From UHGV virus genome UHGV-1395479: 36,398 bases of DNA, one strand, 5' to 3'. Positions 24,129 to 31,690 of the stretch are shown here, one piece after another (within the stretch, counting starts at the first letter, position 1; each line of letters begins with the position of its first letter). Source of the stretch: a virus. Position numbers and translations under genes: made by a program. The notes beneath the pieces were generated by a model. The model had not been told where the DNA came from and searched no databases. It worked only from the letters and a program-made list of their open reading frames with translations.

Positions 24129-24394
24129 CAAAAGTGACACTAAACATGCAGATAGCACAACTGATCTTCTGGATAGGGGTGATAATGATCATCCCTGCCT
24201 TTAGTCGTTTTTGCTATTCAGCGTCAGCCTTGCTTTGGCGTCGACTATTCCCTACAAAAGTCTTCGAATTCCGATATCACGATGAAGATTCCGGAGTGAC
24301 CAAAACGCTAGTAATAAAAGTTCCAAGTAAAAAGGGAAAAATGCTAACAACCCTCATTGATGAGGCAATTGCGGAGAATTCAAAACGAAAATGA
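24125..24394 (+). CDS. Small membrane protein B of the three-gene operon (up to 89 aa, one predicted TM)
   Basis: Start overlaps stop of A (TTG 24125; alternative GTG 24134 or ATG 24146); hydrophobic stretch IAQLIFWIGVIMIIPAF; stop overlaps start of C. Confidence 0.6.
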   Translation: MTKVTLNMQIAQLIFWIGVIMIIPAFSRFCYSASALLWRRLFPTKVFEFRYHDEDSGVTKTLVIKVPSKKGKMLTTLIDEAIAENSKRK

Positions 24395-24813
24395 ATTCTC
24401 AAACTAAAGGTCTAAGCACAGGAAAAGCTACCCTTTCAACTGGTGGTTGGGGAGCAATTTTAAGTGTTCTTGTTAGCGCGATTTTAACCGACCCTAATAG
24501 CGTGTGGCGAACTGTAGCCTACGCATTAGTACCGGGTGTTGCGGCAACTTTAACTTACGTCATGAATTGGTTCATTTCGAGGCATGGTTTCGAATCTCCA
24601 GAAGACGCAGCCAAAAGAGCAAAATGCAAGCGTGATTTGGCTGAGATTGAGAAGCAGTTACGATCTGACCACTTAAGTCCTGAAATAAAATCAACATTGA
24701 TGCAGGCTAAAGCAAGAACAATCGAAATTTTGGTATCAATCGGAAGGGAATCTATACTTGAAACATCTGCGCGTAACATTACACCATCAAAAACTGCCGA
24801 TCCGCAAAGCTGA
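24391..24813 (+). CDS. Membrane protein C of the three-gene operon (140 aa, two predicted TM segments)
   Basis: ATGA start/stop overlap with B at 24391-24394; hydrophobic segments GGWGAILSVLVSAILT and VAYALVPGVAATLTYVMNWFI; charged helical C-terminus. Confidence 0.7.
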   Translation: MNSQTKGLSTGKATLSTGGWGAILSVLVSAILTDPNSVWRTVAYALVPGVAATLTYVMNWFISRHGFESPEDAAKRAKCKRDLAEIEKQLRSDHLSPEIKSTLMQAKARTIEILVSIGRESILETSARNITPSKTADPQS

Positions 24814-24836
24814 GCGGCAGTTGCTATTCTGGTAGT

Positions 24837-25217
24837 CTATTGGTCCATTTCCAAACAAAGATCAAGCATTGAGAGACAGCCTTCAATAAACCCCTCAGCC
24901 ATCTGTATCTCAATGCGTATTAGTTTCTCATCCTTTTTACGAGCTTTGGCGAGCTTTCTTTTAGAGATACCGTATAGGTAATGGGCAACAAGAAGCGAAT
25001 GTTCGTCTGGCCTTTTTTGCTTTAGACGAGCAAGACAACCTTCAATAATTAATGCATCACTATCTGAACAAGCCTGACGTGTTTTGCTTGTATAGGGAAG
25101 AAGTCCCTTAAACCCAGCAGCTATAGGCGAATAGTCTACTCCTGAACTGTCACTCGCCGCCCATGCACCCCAACGTTCAAGAACCATTTGAATATCACGC
25201 ATCAACTTTCTCCACAA
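24837..25217 (-). CDS. Q: Late-gene antiterminator Q (small QuuD/phage 82-type family)
   Basis: 126 aa; MRDIQMVLERWGAWAA... resembles my recollection of DLP12 QuuD; last gene of early-right operon, upstream of lysis cassette. Confidence 0.75.
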   Translation of the reverse strand: MWRKLMRDIQMVLERWGAWAASDSSGVDYSPIAAGFKGLLPYTSKTRQACSDSDALIIEGCLARLKQKRPDEHSLLVAHYLYGISKRKLAKARKKDEKLIRIEIQMAEGFIEGCLSMLDLCLEMDQ

Positions 25218-25219
25218 AA

Positions 25220-26215
25220 TCAGGCCAGCACGCCTATTGCCAGCGCACGATCGATAAAACGAAATATCAGCTCCAACTGGGAGCCATACTTCTCTTCAAA
25301 TGCCACGGTATCCGCATGCAGCTCGTCGTGATGCTTTCTGCACAAAGGCAACACAAAGAGGTCATGCGCTTTTGTACCCATTCCACCCTGACCGTGGCCT
25401 ATCAGGTGGTGGGGATCATCAGCAGGCTTTCCACAACATGCACACGGCTGTGTCTTAACCCAGCGCGTGTACTTTTCATTAACCCAGCGGCGGCGTTTTG
25501 GGCGTAACATAAAAGACTCCGGCGACTCCGGATCCACTTTCAGCGCCAGCACCTTTTTCGCTTTATCCTGGATGATGCTGGTGGCAGGAACCGAAGGCAC
25601 AAGGTCACTTTCCCGGGTGACAGACGGCACAACAGGCTTCGGTAATCTCAGTGCCTTACGGGCTGCACTTTCCGGTAAGGCATCCGCCAGGTCATTACGA
25701 ATCAGCCACCAGCACAGTTCCGGCATTGTCACAACGTGACTGTCATCAAAACCGAGATCCCGACGCACAACAGACAACACCCAGCGGGCACAGTTATCCG
25801 TTGCCATTGATTCCAGCCGTTCCGTGAACTGATCGCGCAGCTGGTTATCGCAGTGCCAGCACAGACGGATTGCACCCGGAGCGTGTCGCATTGTGGTCAT
25901 GTTCTCGCTGTGCCAGTCGGAATGAGGCCACTGGCAGCCTTTTTCACGAAGTAACCAGCTTTCAAGACATTCCACGCCACCAGCACGACGGATCACTGCC
26001 TCATTGCGGAACACGGCCCGAACGGCAGGATCATCCGCCAGCGGTTGTGATGCCGCCGGAACGGCACCACTGGCGAAAGATGAATAACGTTCCGGCTCAG
26101 GCTCCAGCAGGACACGCCCCTGCATAAACAGGGGCATCAGCTCTGAACCTGGTCTGAACAATACGATCCCCATACGCGGGGCAATTTCAGGGGTCAGTAG
26201 TGCTCTCACGGTCAC
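25220..26215 (-). CDS. DUF968-like protein with C-terminal HNH-like Cys/His motif
   Basis: 331 aa; C-terminal CACCGKPADDPHHLIGHGQGG...CRKHHDELH cluster; position in nin-like region upstream of Q; family call from memory. Confidence 0.45.
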   Translation of the reverse strand: MTVRALLTPEIAPRMGIVLFRPGSELMPLFMQGRVLLEPEPERYSSFASGAVPAASQPLADDPAVRAVFRNEAVIRRAGGVECLESWLLREKGCQWPHSDWHSENMTTMRHAPGAIRLCWHCDNQLRDQFTERLESMATDNCARWVLSVVRRDLGFDDSHVVTMPELCWWLIRNDLADALPESAARKALRLPKPVVPSVTRESDLVPSVPATSIIQDKAKKVLALKVDPESPESFMLRPKRRRWVNEKYTRWVKTQPCACCGKPADDPHHLIGHGQGGMGTKAHDLFVLPLCRKHHDELHADTVAFEEKYGSQLELIFRFIDRALAIGVLA

Positions 26216-26216
26216 C

Positions 26217-27014
26217 TCAATGAACGGTATCGAGCAGCTTTAACAGCTCAGGGAATCGGGATTCGAAGAAGTGCGGCTGCGTCTCGCGCGGATTTGCAGG
26301 ACTGGTGATGTTCTTGCCGAACATGCAGCCTTTCGCCGTCAGCGACCAGAATTTTTTGATGTTGTTAATCGCGGTACGGCTGTATCGTTCGCGCTGCTCG
26401 ACGATCCCCAGCTTCACCATCTGGTGATATGCCTGATTAGCCGTCAGGCGGATACCATACTGTTTCAGCAGTGCACTCAGCGACAGCGTGGGGCGACTTG
26501 AGCCATCAGGCGCGTCAGCAGGAGCATCAATGGCATAGCGCGGTGCCAGATTCGGTAAGCCAACAGCCTCCTGGAGTTTCTGACAGGCACCAAGCACAGA
26601 TGAGTTAGACAGGTTTAACTCCCGACGCATAAAGTCCAGCAGGATCACGCCAGCCTGCATCTTGTCAGCAGCCTGTCCTGATAATTTTTCCGGTGCGCTG
26701 GTTACCATATCGAAAGTACGGATCACCTTCAGATGGAATGACGGGCTGATCCACATTGCATAGGCATACACCAGTTCCTTGCAGACATACGTTCCCTGGT
26801 TATTTCCACCTCGAATGACATTTACTGGCGCTATATTGACCGAGTTGCAAATCTGCAACTCGCTTATTAAACGTTCAGTTTGCTCATTGCGGAGCCAGAA
26901 TGCAGGCTTATGCTTATCCAGAGAACCGGCAGCCCTGTGCAGATCGTTCAGGCTGTAACGACCATAAGCATCACGACGAACTTCAATACCATCAATAACC
27001 ATCAGATTACTCAT
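26217..27014 (-). CDS. KilA-N domain protein
   Basis: 265 aa; N-terminal ..IDGIEVRRDAYGRYSLNDLHRAAGSLDKHKPAFWLRNEQTERLI.. resembles KilA-N DNA-binding domain. Confidence 0.5.
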   Translation of the reverse strand: MSNLMVIDGIEVRRDAYGRYSLNDLHRAAGSLDKHKPAFWLRNEQTERLISELQICNSVNIAPVNVIRGGNNQGTYVCKELVYAYAMWISPSFHLKVIRTFDMVTSAPEKLSGQAADKMQAGVILLDFMRRELNLSNSSVLGACQKLQEAVGLPNLAPRYAIDAPADAPDGSSRPTLSLSALLKQYGIRLTANQAYHQMVKLGIVEQRERYSRTAINNIKKFWSLTAKGCMFGKNITSPANPRETQPHFFESRFPELLKLLDTVH

Positions 27015-27033
27015 ACTTCGTTTCTCCTCTTAA

Positions 27034-27423
27034 TCAGGCGGCTGCACCCGCCGTTTTCTCGTACTTACTGATAGTGATTTCGACCTTCCCTTCCGGGATA
27101 ACCGGCCCCCACTCCACCAGCATTCTTTTCACCTGGCTGTCGTCCACCCACACACCCGCGTGGGTCAGGGCGTCAAACAGCGCCTTGTTATAGTTGTCCA
27201 GATCGCGAAGCCGGTTATCCGGAGGAAACAACACGATCTCCACTGAAGCTGGTGCCGACGTTGGTTTCGGCAAACGACGTAACTGCTCAATGATGGCTGC
27301 ACACGCTGCGCTCTGGAATTTTCGCCCCGCCGCGCTTATCAGGCTCTTACCTGCAAGCGCCCCTTTATTGGGGTGTCGCCAGTACGTGTTCACGCTGGGC
27401 GGAAAAGGCAGGATCAATTTCAT
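27034..27423 (-). CDS. rusA: Holliday-junction resolvase RusA
   Basis: 129 aa; ..PPSVNTYWRH.. and ..RLRDLDNYNKALFDALTHAGVWVDDSQV.. match the RusA family catalytic core. Confidence 0.85.
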   Translation of the reverse strand: MKLILPFPPSVNTYWRHPNKGALAGKSLISAAGRKFQSAACAAIIEQLRRLPKPTSAPASVEIVLFPPDNRLRDLDNYNKALFDALTHAGVWVDDSQVKRMLVEWGPVIPEGKVEITISKYEKTAGAAA

Positions 27424-27746
27424 ACTTTCAGGCCCCTCTCATGTAACCAGTGGGCTGCACGCAGCCTGGCGTTTTCCTCACCGGCAAGCAGTGAGCGGAT
27501 AATCCCGACCGCCTCGCTGTCGTCGTCCTTCACCGCGGTATGAAGAGTGATACCCCGGGCCACGCCACGCTTTATCGTGATGACGCCTTTTTTCTCCAGT
27601 GCGCGGAGGTGCTCCACAGCTGCATTCACTGAACGGTATCCCAGCATGGTTGCCACCTCCTGATTGGTTGGCGGAAAGCCACGCTCTTTCTGATAAGAAA
27701 TCAGCATATCCAGCACCTGCTGCTGGCATTGAGTTAACGTCGTCAT
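27420..27746 (-). CDS. LexA N-terminal DNA-binding-domain-like protein (no S24 peptidase domain)
   Basis: From internal Met (start 27746, TAATG overlap with upstream stop): MTTLTQCQQQVLDMLISYQKERGFPPTNQEVATMLGYRSVNAAVEHLRALEKKGVI closely parallels the LexA winged-helix DBD (..[55 protein letters not shown]..). Confidence 0.65.
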   Translation of the reverse strand: MTTLTQCQQQVLDMLISYQKERGFPPTNQEVATMLGYRSVNAAVEHLRALEKKGVITIKRGVARGITLHTAVKDDDSEAVGIIRSLLAGEENARLRAAHWLHERGLKV

Positions 27747-28240
27747 TACGCCCCCACGTAATTCCCTGACAGATACCACTCTTCACCCGATGCAGCGCGC
27801 TTGCTGCTTTTCTGTAAGCACTGCTCACGACGCGCCAGAAAATTGTTTCGTTCTGGCTGGGAGTGGCTTTCACGGAATGCCGCCATCCACACGGTTGCAG
27901 CACGACGGTATAAGCCCCTTGACTCCAGTTCTTCAGCCTGGCGGGTCAGGCACAAAATCACCCGGGGCTCGTTAGTGCCGACATAGAAATTGCGCACAGG
28001 TCTGGTTTCACGAACTGGTTGTGGTTCCGGCTCCTGCGCTCTCTCAGTCAGGCGCGGGAAATGTCTGCGTGTATCTCCTTCACAACGGTGAGCCACACGC
28101 CCACTCTGACGTAACTTGCTTACAGACTGCAGAACGCGCTGCCGTGAGTAACCTGCAAAAGCATCCGCAATGTCTCCGGAAGTACACCCAGGATGGGCTT
28201 CAATGAATTTCTGAACGTCATTTAACAGACTCATGATCAC
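27746..28240 (-). CDS. Putative PerC-family transcriptional regulator-like protein
   Basis: 164 aa; C-terminal ..AEELESRGLYRRAATVWMAA.. resembles the PerC/Pch signature; ATGA overlap with upstream replication gene; family call from memory. Confidence 0.4.
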   Translation of the reverse strand: MIMSLLNDVQKFIEAHPGCTSGDIADAFAGYSRQRVLQSVSKLRQSGRVAHRCEGDTRRHFPRLTERAQEPEPQPVRETRPVRNFYVGTNEPRVILCLTRQAEELESRGLYRRAATVWMAAFRESHSQPERNNFLARREQCLQKSSKRAASGEEWYLSGNYVGA

Positions 28241-29178
28241 CCCCTGAATCCTGCCGGGATCTGGCTGTAGTCCACGTTGTCGTAACTGGATTTGAAGTAC
28301 GGGTCTTCGCGTTTTTCGGTGTACGTGCTGACGGACGGCGATAAGCGCAGGGAAAGCTCATCCCATTTTTCCCGCAGCTTCGACGGGCTGAGCACGTTAC
28401 GGCACCAGAACGGATCGCGACTGACGCGGCTGTACATCTCGCAGATTTGTTTATGATTACGACCATCCTGCACACACATCAGGCGAATTTCGTTTGCCCA
28501 GGCTGTCCAGTTCGGTTCTTTGGGACGAACCACCTCGCCGTCACATTCGGCGGCATGCTCGTACAGGGCGATGATTTTTTTCCAGAGCCACTGTGCGCAG
28601 GTCAAATCATCCTGCGTTCCCCACTGGCGCTTTTTAGGGCTGAATACAACCGCATCAGGATGACGAGTTAAAAAATCCTGTTCAGCCGTCTTCGTGTCCG
28701 GTTGCGGAGCGTCCGGACGAGAAGGTTTTTTATCTGACGGATCATGTTTTGATTTTACTGACGGATCCCCGCCAGATTCTGACGGGTGAAAACCCGCTTT
28801 TTTGCCAGATTTCGACGCATCAAATTTTGACGGGTCAGATTTTGATGCGTTAGATTTTGACGGGTCAGAATCTGACAGTTGAGAAAATGCCGCTGCCTGA
28901 AGCTTCGCAACGTTAAGCTGATAAACATTCGACGCATTGCGGTTACCCTGGCGACGCGCCTTACGCGTTAACCAGCCTTCTGCTTCCAGCCGTGCGATAG
29001 CCGTTCTGACGGTACTCATCCCCGCGCCAATCTGACGGGCAATGGTTTCAATTGATGGCCAGCACACACCTTCGTCATTACTGAAATCAGCCAGGCGGGC
29101 CATAATTGCCACGCTGGATAATTTCATGCCTGACGCAGCGCAACCATCCCATACATAGCCGGTTAATTTAGTGCTCAT
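28237..29178 (-). CDS. Replication initiation protein (O-like, N-terminal winged-helix, internal iterons)
   Basis: 313 aa; N-terminal HTH (..CWPSIETIARQIGAGMSTVRTAIARLEAEGWLTRK..); central repeated SDPSK linker encoded by tandem DNA repeats; follows cro/cII-like genes. Confidence 0.6.
   Translation of the reverse strand: MSTKLTGYVWDGCAASGMKLSSVAIMARLADFSNDEGVCWPSIETIARQIGAGMSTVRTAIARLEAEGWLTRKARRQGNRNASNVYQLNVAKLQAAAFSQLSDSDPSKSNASKSDPSKFDASKSGKKAGFHPSESGGDPSVKSKHDPSDKKPSRPDAPQPDTKTAEQDFLTRHPDAVVFSPKKRQWGTQDDLTCAQWLWKKIIALYEHAAECDGEVVRPKEPNWTAWANEIRLMCVQDGRNHKQICEMYSRVSRDPFWCRNVLSPSKLREKWDELSLRLSPSVSTYTEKREDPYFKSSYDNVDYSQIPAGFRG
28731..28880. repeat. Iteron-like direct repeat array inside the replication gene (candidate origin of replication)
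   Basis: About 7 copies of a GATTTTGACGGGTC-like unit (e.g. ATTTTGACGGGTCAGA at 28824-28839 and 28854-28869; TGACGGATC at 28735 and 28759; TGACGGGTG at 28780) spaced 15-30 bp, plus inverted GACGCATCAAA / TTTGATGCGT. Confidence 0.6.
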
Positions 29179-29187
29179 GACCGACCT

Positions 29188-29526
29188 CTATTTCCCTGAA
29201 TTTACGACGAAACTGTTCGAGCGGGCTGAAGCACTCATGCTCATAGCCTTCACGGAGGTAGATAACCCGTTGTGTTTCCGGCTCCCAACGAATGACTCTG
29301 ACGGGCACTCCGTAGTGATCTTTGAACCAGCGGTTAACTTGTCGCAAAGGACTGTCTCCTTCTGCCGGTTGAAATCACCCACAGCCCACTCTGCAAAGCT
29401 GTGGGTTACAATTTCCCTGTCACCTGGTACATTCACTGCATAGCAATATTCCACCTTCGCTTTTCCACCCGGTACAGGAAGCGCAATCAGTTGCGAGCGA
29501 CGGTAGTGTGTTGTTAAACTGTTCAT
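29188..29526 (-). CDS. Hypothetical protein (reading frame uncertain)
   Basis: ATGA coupling to upstream gene at 29523-29526, but a second minus-strand frame over 29190-29330 gives a more protein-like translation; see findings. Confidence 0.35.
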   Translation of the reverse strand: MNSLTTHYRRSQLIALPVPGGKAKVEYCYAVNVPGDREIVTHSFAEWAVGDFNRQKETVLCDKLTAGSKITTECPSESFVGSRKHNGLSTSVKAMSMSASARSNSFVVNSGK

Positions 29527-30080
29527 GCGTTAGTTTCTCCACAACCAGAAGCAATCGACGCCACGACGCCCGGAGCTGCACACTCGCGGGCGTCATTACT
29601 TTCTGAAATGCAAAAAATTTTGTAGACAAGTGCTGCATGCTCCTGCAGCTTCGAAATTGAGAGATACAGCTCGTCGTTAATTGCTGTCTTCTCATGCGGT
29701 TCCACTACACCGTCTTCGATTGCTGAACGAATCTGTTTTGAATAACTGCCGATCTGTTCAATGACTTCCAGCAGACGCTGGTTAATATCGGCGTTGTCCA
29801 CATCCTCGACGTCAGGAAGAGACACAAAGACGCCATTTGCAGACTGCGCCACAGCATCAGCAATGAAGTGAGTGCCACCAGCACGCTGTAAAACCATTGC
29901 CCATCCCAGCGGGAAAATCTGATCGCCATCTGCACGAAGGCGGTTGAATAAAGCGTTTTCTGTTACATCGAGCCAGTCAGCCGCTTCAGCGTAACCACCC
30001 GGCAACGCCGCGATAGTTTTTCTGACAGCTTTCACGTACCACTCAGGCTGTTTTTCCACTTTCCAGTGATGATTACCCAC
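29523..30080 (-). CDS. Hypothetical early protein in cII position (possibly YdaT-like)
   Basis: 185 aa, immediately downstream of and overlapping cro; family assignment tentative. Confidence 0.35.
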   Translation of the reverse strand: MGNHHWKVEKQPEWYVKAVRKTIAALPGGYAEAADWLDVTENALFNRLRADGDQIFPLGWAMVLQRAGGTHFIADAVAQSANGVFVSLPDVEDVDNADINQRLLEVIEQIGSYSKQIRSAIEDGVVEPHEKTAINDELYLSISKLQEHAALVYKIFCISESNDARECAAPGVVASIASGCGETNA

Positions 30081-30333
30081 GGCTTACCTCCTGTTCCTGT
30101 GGTTTAAACCCATTCTGGTTTTGGCTAGATTGAAAACGTGCCGGATAAAGAATCTGCATTTCGCTGATTTCACCCTTAAAAAAATTGGCCAGACGTTCTG
30201 CAAGATCGATAGATGGAATTTGTTCCAGTCTTTCAATACGACTCAGCGTCGCTGGATTGACCTGAACGCCAGCAGCAACATGCTGCAAAGTAAATCCGTG
30301 CGCCTTACGCACATTCCGTAATGGTGATTGCAT
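30073..30333 (-). CDS. cro: Cro-like HTH repressor
   Basis: 86 aa; HTH FTLQHVAAGVQVNPATLSRIERLEQ; GGAGG SD; divergent from cI across an operator region. Confidence 0.8.
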   Translation of the reverse strand: MQSPLRNVRKAHGFTLQHVAAGVQVNPATLSRIERLEQIPSIDLAERLANFFKGEISEMQILYPARFQSSQNQNGFKPQEQEVSRG

Positions 30334-30347
30334 ATTACCTCCACATA

Positions 30348-30410
30348 TTGCGTGATGAGCATATTATTTCACGCAAATATTTTGCGCAAGTTGATTTGCT
30401 TAACGCGCAA
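30348..30410. promoter_or_regulatory. OR-like operator region with palindromic repeats between cro and cI
   Basis: 29-bp palindromes TTGCGTGATGAGCATATTATTTCACGCAA (30348-30376) and TTGCGCAAGTTGATTTGCTTAACGCGCAA (30382-30410). Confidence 0.6.
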
Positions 30411-30430
30411 TAAAGAAATGTAATAAACGC

Positions 30431-31123
30431 ATGAACATAGGAAACCGAGTCAGACAACTTCGCCAGGCGAAGAACATGAAAATCGCCGATCTCGCTGAAG
30501 CAATAGGAGTGGATGCGGCGAATATCTCACGCTTGGAAACAGGTAAGCAGAAACAATTCACTGAACAAGCCCTGAGTAATATTGCCAGGAGCTTAGGTGT
30601 TGATATTGCTGATCTCTTTACCTCAGACGTCAAAAGTAATACTGTATGTAAAAACAGTATTAGTGAGGATGTTGCGCAGGTGAAGGATGTATTCCGTATT
30701 GAAATGCTGGATGTCAGTGCCAGTGCGGGAAATGGCCTTATCCAGGGCGGTGATGTCATTGATGTGATTCATGCCATTGAATACAGAACTGATAATGCTG
30801 TATCGATGTTTGGCGGACGGCCAGCCAATCACATTAAAGTTATCAACGTTCGTGGGGACAGTATGTGTCCAACCATTGAGCCAGGAGATCTCATCTTCGT
30901 TGATGTCAGTATCAATCAGTTTGATGGAGATGGTATCTATGTATTTGGTTTTGATGATAAAATTTATGTCAAACGACTGCAAATGATACCTGACAAACTA
31001 CTGGTGATTTCTGATAACCAGATTTACCGTGAATGGGGAATTACCAGCGAAAATGAACACCGGTTTATGGTCTTTGGAAAGGTCTTAATCAGCCAGTCAC
31101 AAACCCTTAAGCGACACAATTAA
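30431..31123 (+). CDS. cI: cI-like repressor (N-terminal HTH, C-terminal S24 LexA-like autopeptidase)
   Basis: 230 aa; HTH IADLAEAIGVDAANISRLETG; S24 Ser/Lys dyad motifs VRGDSMCPTIEPGDLIFVD and FGKVL; no SD, start abuts operator (leaderless-type as in lambda pRM). Confidence 0.9.
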   Translation: MNIGNRVRQLRQAKNMKIADLAEAIGVDAANISRLETGKQKQFTEQALSNIARSLGVDIADLFTSDVKSNTVCKNSISEDVAQVKDVFRIEMLDVSASAGNGLIQGGDVIDVIHAIEYRTDNAVSMFGGRPANHIKVINVRGDSMCPTIEPGDLIFVDVSINQFDGDGIYVFGFDDKIYVKRLQMIPDKLLVISDNQIYREWGITSENEHRFMVFGKVLISQSQTLKRHN

Positions 31124-31143
31124 CCCTTACCTCCTCATCAATT

Positions 31144-31168
31144 AGCCACCCAAAGGTGGCTTTTCATT
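31144..31168 (+). terminator. Rho-independent terminator downstream of cI
   Basis: AGCCACC-caaa-GGTGGCT hairpin followed by TTTTCATT. Confidence 0.7.
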
Positions 31169-31178
31169 ACCCTTTAAA

Positions 31179-31217
31179 TTGCATATCTCGCAACAAAAAC
31201 ACTTGCATAATGCGCAA
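31179..31217. promoter_or_regulatory. OL-like operator repeats (TTGC-N7-GCAA 15-mers)
   Basis: TTGCATATCTCGCAA (31179-31193) and TTGCATAATGCGCAA (31203-31217), same architecture as TTGCTTAACGCGCAA in OR (30396-30410). Confidence 0.5.
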
Positions 31218-31642
31218 CTTCATTTTATCTTTCTTTCCAGACAAACAAACAAGGTACTAACAAAATTTGGTTGTAACACGGCGTATGGCACATGCGTCGT
31301 TAGCGGTCTGGGGACGTTAAAGGGGACAATCCACTCCTTGCTCGGGCAAACAAACCAGGTAGCCGGAATGTGCAAGTCAATGATGATGCTGATAAGACGC
31401 CTAACCAGCGTGGCGATTCGGTTTGACGCCTGGGAAGAGACCAGGGTGCAACGATGAGGGCATTTATGGAGCCGCGACAAAGTGTGGTGCCGTAACTGGC
31501 TAAGTGCTCTCAGCGTTGTGGTAATCCGCGAAATGGCGCGGCGGTAAGTATGGCGGGGTTACTATTTCCCCGTTGAGGACACCGGATTGTCAGGTTGACC
31601 ATACGCCTGAGTGACAACCCCACCACAACAGCCACTGCTTTG

Positions 31643-31690
31643 GCGGTACCAGTTTGTACCCTTGCTTCCGGCTGGTACCGCTCTTTTTAC
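31643..31690 (+). terminator. Hairpin plus T-run (candidate early-left terminator or regulatory RNA structure)
   Basis: GCGGTACCAG (31643-31652) / CTGGTACCGC (31672-31681) 10-bp stem, 19-nt loop, followed by TCTTTTTAC. Confidence 0.45.

Noticed and set aside
24788-24830. Weak hairpin (CTGCCG...CGGCAG) at the 3' end of operon gene C as a plus-strand terminator
   Set aside because: Only a 6-bp stem with a 15-nt loop and a poor T-tract, mostly within coding sequence; insufficient evidence.
28755-28937. 60-aa minus-strand ORF with repeated NLTRQ peptide
   Set aside because: Alternative-frame reading of the iteron repeats inside the replication gene; the repetition reflects DNA repeats, not a separate gene.
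29171-29443. 90-aa plus-strand ORF opposite the 112-aa gene
   Set aside because: Would run antisense within a tightly packed minus-strand operon; kept only as part of the frame-ambiguity finding.
31179-31457. 92-aa plus-strand ORF beginning inside the OL-like operator, considered as a possible N antiterminator
   Set aside because: No Arg-rich N-type motif, no SD, and the start lies within the operator repeats; more likely non-coding leader.
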